Below, piece after piece: positions 38,466 to 51,245 of a stretch of 64,000 nt of DNA. Numbering within the stretch: position 1 is the stretch's first letter; each line of letters starts with the position of its first letter. The DNA is from Octopus bimaculoides (lineage: Eukaryota). The stretch lies in assembly GCF_001194135.2 (NCBI RefSeq), contig NC_068983.1:93591481-93655480 (forward strand), in the 5' to 3' direction. The position numbers were made by a program, and so were the translations under genes. The notes under the pieces are model-generated. The model made no database searches. It had not been told where the DNA came from and worked only from the letters and a program-made list of their open reading frames with translations.

Positions 38466-39096
38466 GACAATTCTTGTCTTGATGTTTTTATATTTTGTTA
38501 GTTTCTCTATTTCTTTCAGAAATACATTATTAACTATTTGAATAGATTATGAGATAATAATATTTCTGTGAATTTCCTACATCTCCCTGCTTGTGTGAGT
38601 CAGTAAATTGCAGAGTATAAAAGTCCTATGTGATTAGTAATTAATTGCATCAAGAGAAGTTTGTGTGTTAAGTGGAGAGATGAATTCTAATATTTTCAAA
38701 GAAAAACCTCTCAAAAATCCTTTGGTCTCAGAGCTTTGAGTCCTGGTTTATCACTAAGTGCTGAGTAATTTCTTTGTCTACCTCTTTGCTTGTTTTTGTC
38801 AAGTACCATCCACAGAGTGGGGTTTTCTCATCAACAAATTGGCATGACATTTTATTGCCTCATTTTTAATTTGGTCCTTTTTAGTAATTTCTGTTATTAT
38901 ATATATATTCTTATTCTAATGTTTGTTTTTATGTTGAGCTATAATAAAAACAATTTTACATTGAACTGAAGTATAACTTTTAAAATAAGAATAGTATTTT
39001 ACAGTGATTTTGAAGTTTCAGCCTGCATGGGCTTCATTGCACTGTCTGATAAAGGTCAAACAGGCCAATACTTCAAAGTCACTGGCAATACTATAT

Positions 39097-39131
<35 letters not shown>

Positions 39132-39639
39132 TGTTGTTGTTGTTCTTTCTTAAACACTTCTCAGCTGTCTCTTATCTCAGTTTTTGTTTCCACCTTCTTC
39201 ATGTTTTGTAGTTATTTGTATTGATTTTCTTTTCTTCTATATTAGCTATTTTTGTAGACTTACTGTTGATATTTCATAGTATTTTTCTAATTGCAGAAAC
39301 AACATTACTTCTTCTACCTAATTGTATTGATAGTAAATCATCTTTCTATGCAGTCATTAGTTTTCTTCCTTATCTGTCTAGTGTTGAAATTTCACTTAGT
39401 TTCAAGTTGAAAATATTATAACTACAGCTAATTACTTGAGCAGCTTTTGATGCCTATTACCTTATTTTTAGCATTTAACTAAGTTTTAAGCATTAATCTG
39501 TCTATAATATTATTTTCTCAACTTTCTTTTGTGTATTATTCTGTCTAGTTCATTAATTTCTAAGTAATTTGTAACCTGTGTTTGGCTTAATTCTCTTATC
39601 TCTGTTTCTTTATCTTACATAATTGTTTCTAATTTAGAC

Positions 39640-39840
39640 ACAAAGCCAGCAATTTTGAGGGGGAAGGTTAGTCAATATCATTGACTCCAGTATTTAACTA
39701 GTATTTCATTTTGTTAAACCTGAAAGAAGGAAAAGTAATCTTTACTTTGGTGAGAGTTGGACTCAGAATATAACATAGAGTAGCACAATTAAAGGCAAGT
39801 CATTTTGAGTGACAGCCTAGCAATTCTGCCAATCTACTAC
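39640..39840 (-). mobile_element. SINE family B (diverged)
   Basis: CACAAAGCCAGCAATTTTGAGGGGG..GGACTCAGAA..CAATTCTGCC. Confidence 0.6.
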
Positions 39841-39867
39841 CCTTTTCTTTATTCCCTTAATTTGTTA

Positions 39868-40225
39868 ATTGTTTCAGTCATTTGACTGCAGCCATGCTGG
39901 AGTACTGCTTTGAAGGGTTTTAGTCGAACAAATTGACCCCAGGACTTATTTTTTTGAACTGCTAAGTTACAAGGACATAAACACACCAACACCAGTTGTC
40001 AAGCAGTGATAGGGGTTCAAATACAGGTACACATACACACACACATATATATATACATACATATATATATATATATATATACAATGGGCTTTTTTCAGTT
40101 TCCATCTACCAAATCCAGTCATGAGATTATAGTAAAAGACACTTGCCCAAGGTGCCACACAGTTGGACTGAACCCGGAACCAGGTGTTTGGGAAGCAAGC
40201 TTCTTACCACACAGCCATGCCTGTG
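39868..40225 (-). mobile_element. SINE family A
   Basis: Tail, (CA/TA)n and head GGACTGAACCCGGAACC..GGGAAGCAAGCTTCTTACCACACAGCC. Confidence 0.85.
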
Positions 40226-40349
40226 CCTATTATTTTTCTAATTCTCCCCTCTTCAAGATTATTTTGACATATTTCTAAACTGAATTTCATACTAATTTCT
40301 CTCCCAAATCTTTCCACTATATGTAAATGATTTTCTTATTATATCTTAT

Positions 40350-41450
40350 TTATAGTCTTCAACTTGAGGTTATCCATACACATGAGATGGTTGATTGTCA
40401 CTCCATGATACTTGTGTTCATATTCAGTCTGGTTTTTAGCATATAAGTGAAACACAACAATGACAAAATTAAAAAGTAGTGGAGTAAGTCCCCATTCAGT
40501 ACAACACTTCTAATAAACATTGGTTTAGTTTTAACAATATCCCATTTTCTGTCCCATTGTTGTTTTATCAGCAGGTTTTATGTTTATCTATTCTTTCATT
40601 GGTCCCTAAGAGGATTCGTTTATTTATTTCTTTAACTATTTCCACCTTTTGATTATTGTCATATTTCAAAATTTACTGATGTAGAGCTTACAACTTTTAA
40701 CTCTTTCTCATATTTGCTTATGTTTATATTTCCATCAGTTGTAGTTTTGGTTCAACTTTTGTTAGTATTCTATAAGTGTGCTATAGATTTGATTTTGCCG
40801 TGTTTTATTGTTTCTTTCATTTGTTTTGTACTAGATCTGAATTCATGATTTATGTGCTCTATGTTGTTAGCGTTAATGTATTATATTTTTATTATTTGTA
40901 TTATCATTATGCATTCTTTCTTCAAAGTTTTCTGCTTTTATGTTCTATGTTTTTACTTTTATTTTTAAATATGTATCTTAGAATGTTGGAATCCAAAGTT
41001 TTAGACTAGGGTTATTTTTTCCCCAGATACTATATATGCATGTGTTGGGGAAATCTCATTTTTTCGGATAGTATATTGGTAAAATATACATGTACTATGG
41101 AAATGTAAGTGTCTTGGGTCCATTTATTATTTTGTTGAGGAATAAAGTCCAGCTCTTTATTTAGATTATCATCTACTTTTTTTATCAGGTAACAATTTAT
41201 TCATTTCTGACAATACAAAAGGTTTCATACTCCATTTTTCTAAAAGATTTCCTGCATCAAATTCAAAGTACACATTTTCCTTTTAACCATGGGCGAATAT
41301 TATACTTTCCATTTGTATTGTCTATCATGCTTTGTTTTGGTTTGAATTTGTCTGGTATTGATCTGACTTGCACTCTGCTGCTGCTACTGTTGTTGTTTCA
41401 CTTGTAGTATTTTTATTGCACACTTTTACAGTACAACCCAGTGCAGTTCT
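40350..41450 (-). mobile_element. Heavily degraded R4/Dong-like (RLE clade) LINE RT region
   Basis: Minus strand TINHLMCMDNLKL (40360-40395) resembles NHLLYMDDLKL, preceded by LTPLLF (LSPLLF-like); A-rich coding-like strand bias. Confidence 0.45.
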
Positions 41451-42195
41451 GTATGGAATATTTTTGCTTTGTTTTTTCTGTTGCATTGGAAATAGATTGT
41501 GTAAGTTTTATTGTGAGGTGATCATGTAGAATATGTGCTGTGTGAGTTGTGTGATATTATTTAGTCATGCCACATTACATTCTCAGTTCTGATCTCTTGT
41601 GGCTGGGGTTGATAAAATAAGTACCAGTAATATACCGTGTTTTCGATCTATTTCTTTTCATTTTTTTAGCCTTATTGCAAGCCATGTAAAATGCACCCAA
41701 CACACGTTCTAAAGTGATTGGTGTTAGGAAGGGCATCTAGCCATAGAAACCATGCCACAAGAGACAATTAGAGTTGAAACTGCAATCTTACTATCATGAG
41801 TCCAACACACTAACCACTAAGCTACGTGCCTCCACTGGTTACTCATTTACAGTTGAGTGGAATGGAACTGTGAAATGAAATATAATGTTCAAGAACACGA
41901 CAAACCACCAGGTCCAAGAACTGAAACCATGATCTTGCTATCATGAGTACAACTCCCTAACCATTAGGCCATGTGCTTTTCCTATGCTTGCATATGCTCT
42001 CCCTATGCTTGCATGGGTTAGATGGAATGAATTTGTTGAGCAGATATTTTACAGCCAAATGCCCTTCCTGTTGCCAGCCCTCATGGCCAGATTTTACAGA
42101 ATATTGAAAACAAAGGATACCACTTGCATTATGGTAACACTTGTTTACAACAGTGTCAAGGCAAGGTGACAGTAACACACACACACACATATATA

Positions 42196-43126
42196 TCAGG
42201 TCATCCTATAAGTTCTGTCCGAATTTTGAATAAAGAAAACAAGTGATCAAATGTTATATTTAATTGAAATTTAATCATCAATGTACTTTCCCTGATTATC
42301 TATGACTTCCTTCCATCTATTTACAAGCTTTTTAATCCCATCAATGTAAAACTCTTTTGGTTTCAAAGTGAAGAACTCTGAAATGTCAGTTTTGACCTCC
42401 TCCTGGCTTGCAAAAGTTATGTCCCCCAAATGATTCTGTAAACTACAAAACAAATGGTAGTCTGAAGGAGCAAGGTCGGGAGAATAAGGTGGAGGAGGAA
42501 TTTTTTCCCAACCAAGCTCTTCAATCTTCTGTGATGTGNNNNNNNNNNNNNNNNNNNNNNNNNNNNNNNNNNNNNNNNNNNNNNNNNNNNNNNNNNNNNN
42601 NNNNNNNNNNNNNNNNNNNNNNNNNNNNNNNNNNNNNNNNNNNNNNNNNNNNNNNNNNNNNNNNNNNNNNNNNNNNNNNNNNNNNNNNNNNNNNNNNNNN
42701 NNNNNNNNNNNNNNNNNNNNNNNNNNNNNNNNNNNNNNNNNNNNNNNNNNNNNNNNNNNNNNNNNNNNNNNNNNNNNNNNNNNNNNNNNNNNNNNNNNNN
42801 NNNNNNNNNNNNNNNNNNNNNNNNNNNNNNNNNNNNNNNNNNNNNNNACATTTTGATAGAACATCCATTTTTCGTCACCAGTCACAAGTCATTCCAAAAA
42901 GGGTGAAATGAGTTTGTGAGAATGGAGAGAAAAACAGATGTCAACTCAGGATTTGCAGTTGCTTTTGGACAATTCATGGGGCACCCATTTTCCAAGTATA
43001 GGAACGTTTCCAAGTTGTTGAAGATGACGATGAACAGTTGTATGGTTTGAACTAAGCTTTATTACCAATTCTTCAACTGATAATGCAGGATTTTCTTCAA
43101 GTAATGCCTCAAGGGGCTTATCATCA
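42196..43126 (-). mobile_element. mariner DD34D transposon copy 1 (gapped)
   Basis: LVTGDEKW, GKWVPHEL and PPYSPDLAPSDYHLF motifs; TA followed by TIR TCAGGTCATCCTATAAGTTCTGTCCGA. Confidence 0.95.
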
Positions 43127-45003
43127 NNNNNNNNNNNNNNNNNNNNNNNNNNNNNNNNNNNNNNNNNNNNNNNNNNNNNNNNNNNNNNNNNNNNNNNNNN
43201 NNNNNNNNNNNNNNNNNNNNNNNNNNNNNNNNNNNNNNNNNNNNNNNNNNNNNNNNNNNNNNNNNNNNNNNNNNNNNNNNNNNNNNNNNNNNNNNNNNNN
43301 NNNNNNNNNNNNNNNNNNNNNNNNNNNNNNNNNNNNNNNNNNNNNNNNNNNNNNNNNNNNNNNNNNNNNNNNNNNNNNNNNNNNNNNNNNNNNNNNNNNN
43401 NNNNNNNNNNNNNNNNNNNNNNNNNNNNNNNNNNNNNNNNNNNNNNNNNNNNNNNNNNNNNNNNNNNNNNNNNNNNNNNNNNNNNNNNNNNNNNNNNNNN
43501 NNNNNNNNNNNNNNNNNNNNNNNNNNNNNNNNNNNNNNNNNNNNNNNNNNNNNNNNNNNNNNNNNNNNNNNNNNNNNNNNNNNNNNNNNNNNNNNNNNNN
43601 NNNNNNNNNNNNNNNNNNNNNNNNNNNNNNNNNNNNNNNNNNNNNNNNNNNNNNNNNNNNNNNNNNNNNNNNNNNNNNNNNNNNNNNNNNNNNNNNNNNN
43701 NNNNNNNNNNNNNNNNNNNNNNNNNNNNNNNNNNNNNNNNNNNNNNNNNNNNNNNNNNNTATATATATATATATATATATATATATCATGCATGATTTTG
43801 AAGATAAGCATTTTAGATATCAAATGAAATATTGTTGAGCTTAAATGAACTCAGGCAGAATGGTATAAAAGAGAGACTGCAAAAATACCTCCTCTTGCAT
43901 AAGTTGGAGATAGTGCAGATTTAACTTAAAAGGCAGATGAAGGTGAGAAGCTCAAATGGAAAGCAGATTATTTAATCATATTTTCTAACTCCCAACATAT
44001 TATCACTTAATGTCAGAAAATTTCCTACAAGTACACAGCATTATCAAATTACTGACAACAATTAACTGGCTGAATATTTCATGAGACAATGGAAGTGTGC
44101 AGTAGGTGGAATATTATTATGTATGTACTCGTTATTATTCATCTTCATCATGTGAACACAGATGTGGGGGTGCAGTAAGACAGCCTTTTCATGTCTTGAA
44201 AGCCTTTAGATAATGTGACTAATGACTAATTACAGCACCACAAATAATGTGTCATGGAAGGTGAAAAGTTATCTTCTGGCTAAAATTAAATTCTGGAGAT
44301 AAATTAGTGATAGAGAGAGACATACATACATTTCATTTAAGTCAGAAATCAAGCTATCCATCTTAGATCTTGTCAGATTGGATAAAAGCCACCTGTTTAT
44401 TAGCAAGAACCTTGGAGATATCAGGTAGATATAAATATCGGAGCATACATCTTGATATATTGATATCACACTTAATAAAGAAATTTTCTCTATTCAGCTT
44501 TACTTTCTGCTGTATCTGTGTGTGTGTGTACTTATATTATTGTCTCTTTATGGTCAGAGTTCAAATCCCAACAGGGTCATCTTCGCTTTACATTGTCTAT
44601 AATAATAAAATAAGTACCTGTCAACTTCAGGAGTAGATTTAATCAACTGTCTTTCCCTCACAAATCTGAATGGACTTATATTGGAAATTCATCCCTCCTC
44701 CTCCTCCTCATCATCATCATTGTTTTTATTTCTGTTTTTCCCATGCTGATATGGGTTAAATGAGACTCATTTAGGCAATATTATGGATGCCCTTCTTGAC
44801 AACAACCTTTGTTTTTCAAGTAAGATACTTTATTGATGGACTTCATATGAGCTGCTTGACTTTTCATCCCTGTAAGCCATAAACATTATCACCACATGTA
44901 ATGCAGTGATGCCTAGGTACAAATGTATGCGCAACACACACACACACGCACACACACACACACACGTACATAAATACATGCATAAATACATACATACAAA
45001 CAA

Positions 45004-45880
45004 ACAGCAATATGTGATGACTGATGCAGACTTTGTGGAGCTAACGCTGAAGATATCACCCACATCATAAGCAGTTGTCCGAAAATATCATGGTATTATC
45101 TACTGATTAGACATGGATGTTGTTGCTAAGACAGTGTATAATGAGATCCATCAGAAAGATAACCCCAGGGCCAAAGAAATAAGAACCCACAGTATGGTAG
45201 AACCATAGCCACTCATAATAAAGAGTACTAGTGGAATGTCTCAGTGAAAACCTCAATAAAATGTAAACACAAGAGACCTGATATAGTGATCTGGGATAGA
45301 GAAAAGAAACTGTTTACAGTTGTGGAAATCAGTTGCCCAGTGGATGATAAAGATCAATGAAAAAGAAAACACCTATGCTGAACTATTGAGAAATTTACAG
45401 TTACTTTATCCAAATTACAATTTCAGGTTTATACCTGTAATTATTGGGGCACTGGGATATGTAACACACAACCTAAATACCATCTTGAGAAACTAGGCTT
45501 CTCAAAACCAGGAAAGAGAAAGCTGATTTGAAGACTACAGATCCAAGCCATTACTGGAACTGTAAAAATCAGTAAAACTTTCCAGAAGTTTATCATTTAA
45601 GTGTATATGAGTATTTCTAGACATGTAACTATATGCATGAGAATGCATACATAAAACAAAACATACAGGTCTGCACATATACATACATGCATGCATGCAT
45701 GCATACATACATACACACACACACACATACATATATGCATACATACATACACACATACATCCATACAAACAAACAAAACTATCCTGTTGATGTGGTGAAA
45801 TTCCAATGAAGGAGCCTTGGATCTAGATTAGAAACCAGCCCTTTCTCTATTGGCAAGAAATCTCGAAATAAAATATATGA
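45004..45880 (+). mobile_element. R4/Dong-like non-LTR retrotransposon 3' end (CCHC knuckle plus restriction-like endonuclease)
   Basis: CRLCGANAEDITHIISSC, KHKRPDIVIWDREKKLFTVVEISCP, PVIIGALG; frameshifted; stop at 45598-45600. Confidence 0.85.
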
Positions 45881-46747
45881 TAGGATTCTCTGTTTTCATG
45901 TACTATATTTTACTCACAAGGCATTTGTCCAAGGTGCTACACAGTGGAATCAGATCCAAATCTGTGTGGTTGTGAAGCGACCTTTTTAATTACACAGTCA
46001 TGTCTACAACTGAATCATTATTATTAACACTTTTACTGCAGTAGTCAGATATATCCACACACATGTACAATGGGTGCTCCACTCTACCTGCAATGTCGAT
46101 AGGTTTTTAATGTATGTTGATTCTAAAGCCAATCACTCTGTACATTCAATGACAAGAGAGATAACACATTCCTTATTTGAAAACCTGGCAGGGTTCTTGT
46201 CAAGAAAGGCATCTGGCCATAGAATACAACCTCAAAAAATTCCTGTCAAACTCTTGGTAGCATGGAAAAGTGGTTGTTATAAGATTGAAGGAATGATACA
46301 TACACAAGCGTGTGCACACACACATACACACACACACACACACACACATACAAATACACACATATGTACATGCATATGTATATATTAATAACATATATGT
46401 ATGTGTGTGTATGTATATATAAATGCTTTTCCTGTGTGACTAATATATATATATATGTAGTCACACAGGAAAAGCATCTGGCCTTCCTCTGATCCATGCA
46501 AGCATTAAGAAATCAATCGTAAAACAATGCCAATAAATGTGTGTGTACATACATATATAATATGTATGTATANNNNNNNNNNCAATAACAATAATAACAA
46601 TAATAATAACAAATAAATAGACCTATGTACATATATATATATGTATGTATGTATGCATGTATGTTTGTATATATGTGCAAATATATATGTATCATAATGA
46701 TCATTATTTAATGTCAGCCTTCCATACTGACATAGATTGAACAATAT

Positions 46748-46788
<41 letters not shown>

Positions 46789-47473
46789 GAACTGTGTGTG
46801 TGTGTATGTTTGGAACTGTGTGTTTTTTAATGTTTTTATGTGTTTGAATTTATCTGTTCAATACAATAGTGTCAGTTAGCACAGATCTAGTGTTGAGTGA
46901 AAATTTTAAACTTAGCTAATGGGTAAAAATTGTAGAATAAAGTATCAGACTGAAATATATATATACTGGCGACACTATGATTGACTATAAAACCCCTGAA
47001 GCTGTGACCCAGCATGGCCACAGTTCAATGACTAAAACCAGTAAAGAAATGAAAGAATGGGTGTGTGTGTGTGTGTGTATGTGCGTGCAAGGGAGTGTAT
47101 GTATATTTGTACATTTGTGTTTGTGTATACACACACACACACACACCCACACACATATGTATACCTACATATATNNNNNNNNNNNNNNNNNNNNNNNNNN
47201 NNNNNNNNNNNNNNNNNNNNNNNNNNNNNNNNNNNNNNNNNNNNNNNNNNNNNNNNNNNNNNNNNNNNNNNNNNNNNNNNNNNNNNNNNNNNNNNNNNNN
47301 NNNNNNNNNNNNNNNNNNNNNNNNNNNNNNNNNNNNNNNNNNNNNNNNNNNNNNNNNNNNNNNNNNNNNNNNNNNNNNNNNNNNNNNNNNNNNNNNNNNN
47401 NNNNNNNNNNNNNNNNNNNNNNNNNNNNNNNNNNNNNNNNNNNNNNNNNNNNNNNNNNNNNNNNNNNNNNNNN

Positions 47474-47505
<32 letters not shown>

Positions 47506-48113
47506 ATATATGTATATGTATATATATATATATTTATTTATATATATATTGAAAATTATATATAAATATGTACATAATGTATGTGTGCATGTATGTAAAT
47601 ACACACACACACACACACCATAAAATATCAGGAGGTATGAGAGATGAGTATATTTATTTAAGCATTTATGAATATATTTATTTAACCATTGAAATTATTA
47701 TCACATGCTGAAGACTGAGAAATGGCCATAATCCAAAGACTATGGCAATATCTCTGTGTTTATCATGTGATAATAATTTCTGTGTGTACCAAATTCTTTT
47801 ACATGTCTGCACTAATATGCATGCTACATATTATAAGATATATACAACTATGTATTTACAAAGCAGTGAATATTAAAAAATGCTAGCTTGTTCCACTGGA
47901 GGAGCTTTCTCTGATAGCTATATGATTCTATGAATCCATGTATTACATTACAGATTTATATATGTCCATACATGATGGACTTTCCCATCAAAGATGATGT
48001 TTGAGTGTGCAGCTTTTGCCGAACAAGCTGCACAAATGATTTGTTTATAGTGATCAAATGTTCATACCACACATTAGCTCACTGGCTCCATCAAATCAAT
48101 TCCAAGCAGTGAG

Positions 48114-48149
<36 letters not shown>

Positions 48150-48153
<4 letters not shown>

Positions 48154-48303
48154 TTAATAACATCGAAAATACCTTAAGATTGAGAACCCAGGTTTGAAAT
48201 TTCCCCAAGACACCTGATGAAGGCTGGAGGGTATATCAGCCGAAACGTGTTAACAAACAAGATGAGGACAAATATCTGTCAAATGTAAATAATGTAAATA
48301 ATA
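48150..48303 (+). mobile_element. Penelope-like terminal repeat (family H1), solo copy
   Basis: About 90% identical to 51246-51365; preceded by (AAT)n; contains a hammerhead core. Confidence 0.7.
48209..48251 (+). ncRNA. Minimal hammerhead ribozyme-like motif (core intact, cleavage triplet deleted)
   Basis: GACAC-CTGATGA-A-GGCTG(loop)CAGCC-GAAAC-GTGTT. Confidence 0.6.
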
Positions 48304-48659
48304 TGGGTGGCTTATTAGCAATTGAACAACCTAAAGGCAAATTTATAGATGTCACTAAAGTGACAGAGGGTACTAAGTGGTACCAGCATTGGTAGAAATG
48401 AGAGTCAAAACAACTCAATCGCCACAGAAGCCCTATCTTAATGACTGACAAGAGAGACAAGCTCTCTACAGCAGATCTAGCCAGATCACTGGTGACATTG
48501 AATTTTGATGCTTCTTAGAGCATCTTAATTCTTATTGATGGCTCTTACCGCACCTAGGGTTAAACTCAACTCACCTTGTCAGCTTATATATATACATGTA
48601 TAATCTGCACCATCATCATCATCAACACTATTGACTATTTTTCAACATTCAATGACATT

Positions 48660-48870
48660 CATCATCAACATTTAACGACCACTTTTCCATTCTCGCATGG
48701 GTTAGACAGAATTTGTTGAGATACATTTTCTACAACTGGATGCCCTTCCTGTTACCAACCATTGCCTGCTTCCAAGTAAGGGAACATTTTCTCATCACAA
48801 GATATGTTTACACAAAAAATCAGAAATGAAAGACCACATGCATGATGCATTACAGCTGTCACATGATGTT
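48660..48870 (-). mobile_element. RTE-related 3' end
   Basis: CATTTAACGACCACTTTTCCATTCTCGCATGGG..CTGGATGCCCTTCC. Confidence 0.7.
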
Positions 48871-48884
48871 AAGACAAGGAGACA

Positions 48885-49075
48885 GTAACGCATACACATA
48901 CATACACGTGTGTGTTTATGATAGTCTTCTTTCGGTTTGCATTTATCAAATCCACTCAGAAGGCTTTGGTGATCTGAGGGCTGTGTTAGAACATATTTGC
49001 CCTAGGTACCATGCAGTGGGACTGAACCAGAACTGCATGATTGGTAAGAAAACTTCTTACTTCATAACCACACAA
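48885..49075 (-). mobile_element. SINE family A head
   Basis: AAATCCACTCAGAAGGCTTTGG..CAGTGGGACTGAACC. Confidence 0.65.
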
Positions 49076-49245
49076 ATGTTTGTATTATTATTATTTAATA
49101 ACAGTTTGATTCACCTCCATGCAACTTAAAGTTTTGTAGGCATGTAGAACAGACCTATTTTGTCATGCATCTAGAAGTAATAGAATAATATATGTAGCTC
49201 CTACAATATGTTGAGTTCCACTTTCTTTCATATATCCACTCACCC

Positions 49246-49319
<74 letters not shown>

Positions 49320-49323
<4 letters not shown>

Positions 49324-49540
49324 TCATCGTTTAGCATCCACTTTCCATGGTGGCATGGGTTGGACAGTTTGACTGAGAAGAGGCTCCAATCTGATCTGGC
49401 AAGATTTCTACAGCTGGATGCCCTTCTTAATGCCAACCACTCCAAGCGTGTAGTGAGTGCTTTTTACGTGCCACTGGCATAGAAGCAAGTCAGGTGGCAC
49501 TCGTATTGACCACACTCATATAGTTTTTTTTTGCATGCCA
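49320..49540 (-). mobile_element. RTE 3' end
   Basis: TCATCATCGTTTAGCATCCACTTTCCATGG..GCTTTTTACGTGCCAC. Confidence 0.8.
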
Positions 49541-50049
49541 TTGCACTTGTATATATTTAAATTCATAAACAAACCTGAAGGCTGATAAATTACGAAGAAG
49601 AGTGACCACAAAGGTCTTTATACAATAATAACAATAATTATATATTATCATTATTATAATATATATACTCCAAGTAGAGTAACATAATCTAAACAAATGA
49701 CCAAAAAATTATGAGCTGAACCCGTTGGGGATCAAATGCCCACATCAATGCTTACATGGCTCCATGCACATCCAATAGACCCAAATAGCTCACCCATCAA
49801 TTTCAGTCAAATTTAATGTATAAGTACTTACTGGCTAGTATTTATATTTGTAAACAAATGTGAAGGTTGATAAGTTACAGAGAAGAGTGACCACAAAGGT
49901 CTTTATACAATAATAGTTATAATTATATATCATTATTATAATAATTATATGTATTCCAAGTAGAGCGACCTAATCTAAACAAATAACTGAAAAATGATGA
50001 GCTGAACTCATTGGGTTCAGCTGCCTGTCTGGGAATTTAAACCATGATT

Positions 50050-50210
50050 TTGGTGGAGTGCGTATGTGATAAGAAGCTTGCTTCCCAACCACATGGTTCC
50101 AGGTTCAGCCCCATTGCATGGCACCTTGGGCAAGTGTCTTCTACTATAGCCTCAGGCTGACTAAAGCCTTGTGAGTGGATTTGGTAGATAGAAACTGAAA
50201 GAAGTTTGTC

Positions 50211-50260
<50 letters not shown>

Positions 50261-50445
50261 TGATGTGTCTGTGTTTGTTCCTCTACCATTACTTGACAAC
50301 CGATGCTGGTGTGTTTATGTTCCCGTAACCTAGCAGTTCAGCAAAAGAGACTGATAGAATAAGTACTGGGGGTCAATTTGTTTGACTAAAGATGGTGCTC
50401 CAGCATGGCCACAATCAAGTGACTGAACCAAGTAAAAGATTAAAG
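50050..50445 (+). mobile_element. SINE family A, full length
   Basis: Head, (TA)n and tail all present. Confidence 0.85.
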
Positions 50446-51035
50446 AACAGCTGCAACACCCTAACCACTTGATCACATGTTTTCAAATACACACACACAC
50501 ACATATGTTATAAATATGCACAAACAAAGATAATGAAGATAAATATTGCAAGATTGATCACTTTTCATATATTGTGTGTCATATAATTAATTAACCTAAG
50601 CAAAGTAATCCAAAGAATTAGCAAGACTTTGGGATGAGAAAACTCTTGAGAAACATCAGTGTTATTGTGAAAGTCTACAAATGAAGATTTATGGCTGTGT
50701 TAAATATACAGTTAATTGCTTGGTGATTAAAGTGATCATGAAGGTAGTAAGTGAGGTGGATGGTGTGGGTGTTGTTGGTAGTGAAGGTGATTGTGGTGGT
50801 ATTGTTGTTTAGCCCAGTGTCAGCCTTGATCAAGGCAACCTATGATCAAAGATGGCTCAGCCATGACCAACCCTTTCTTTTTACAGTTGCATGTTTTAGA
50901 TATAGTTATATGGTGCAGTCTGATGACTGCAAGTATGCCTAGAAACTATAAGTAACCATAAGAAAAATCTGTAGTTTATATTACTTTAGCAATGATATTA
51001 AATAGGGTGTTGGGTGAAACTGAAATTTATATATA

Positions 51036-51205
51036 TTATACAGTTCTATATTTAAGAGATGAGGAATTATTTACATTATTTACATTTGACGGATATTTCT
51101 CCTCATCTTGTTTGTTGTTAACACAATGTTTTGGCTGATATACCCTCCAGCCTTCGTCAGGTGTCTTGGGGAAATTTCGAACCTGGGTTCTCATTCCTAA
51201 CGATG
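51036..51205 (-). mobile_element. Penelope-like terminal repeat H1, left arm of an inverted pair
   Basis: Reverse complement of 51066-51185 matches 51246-51365 at 119/120; includes a hammerhead-like motif at 51120-51165. Confidence 0.75.
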
Positions 51206-51245
51206 TTACTATTATTATTATATTATTATTATTACTATTATTAAT

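Noticed and set aside
45800-45845. CCAATGA..GAAAC hammerhead-like spacing in the R4/Dong 3' UTR
   Set aside because: The core lacks G5, and there is no NUH triplet or stem I.
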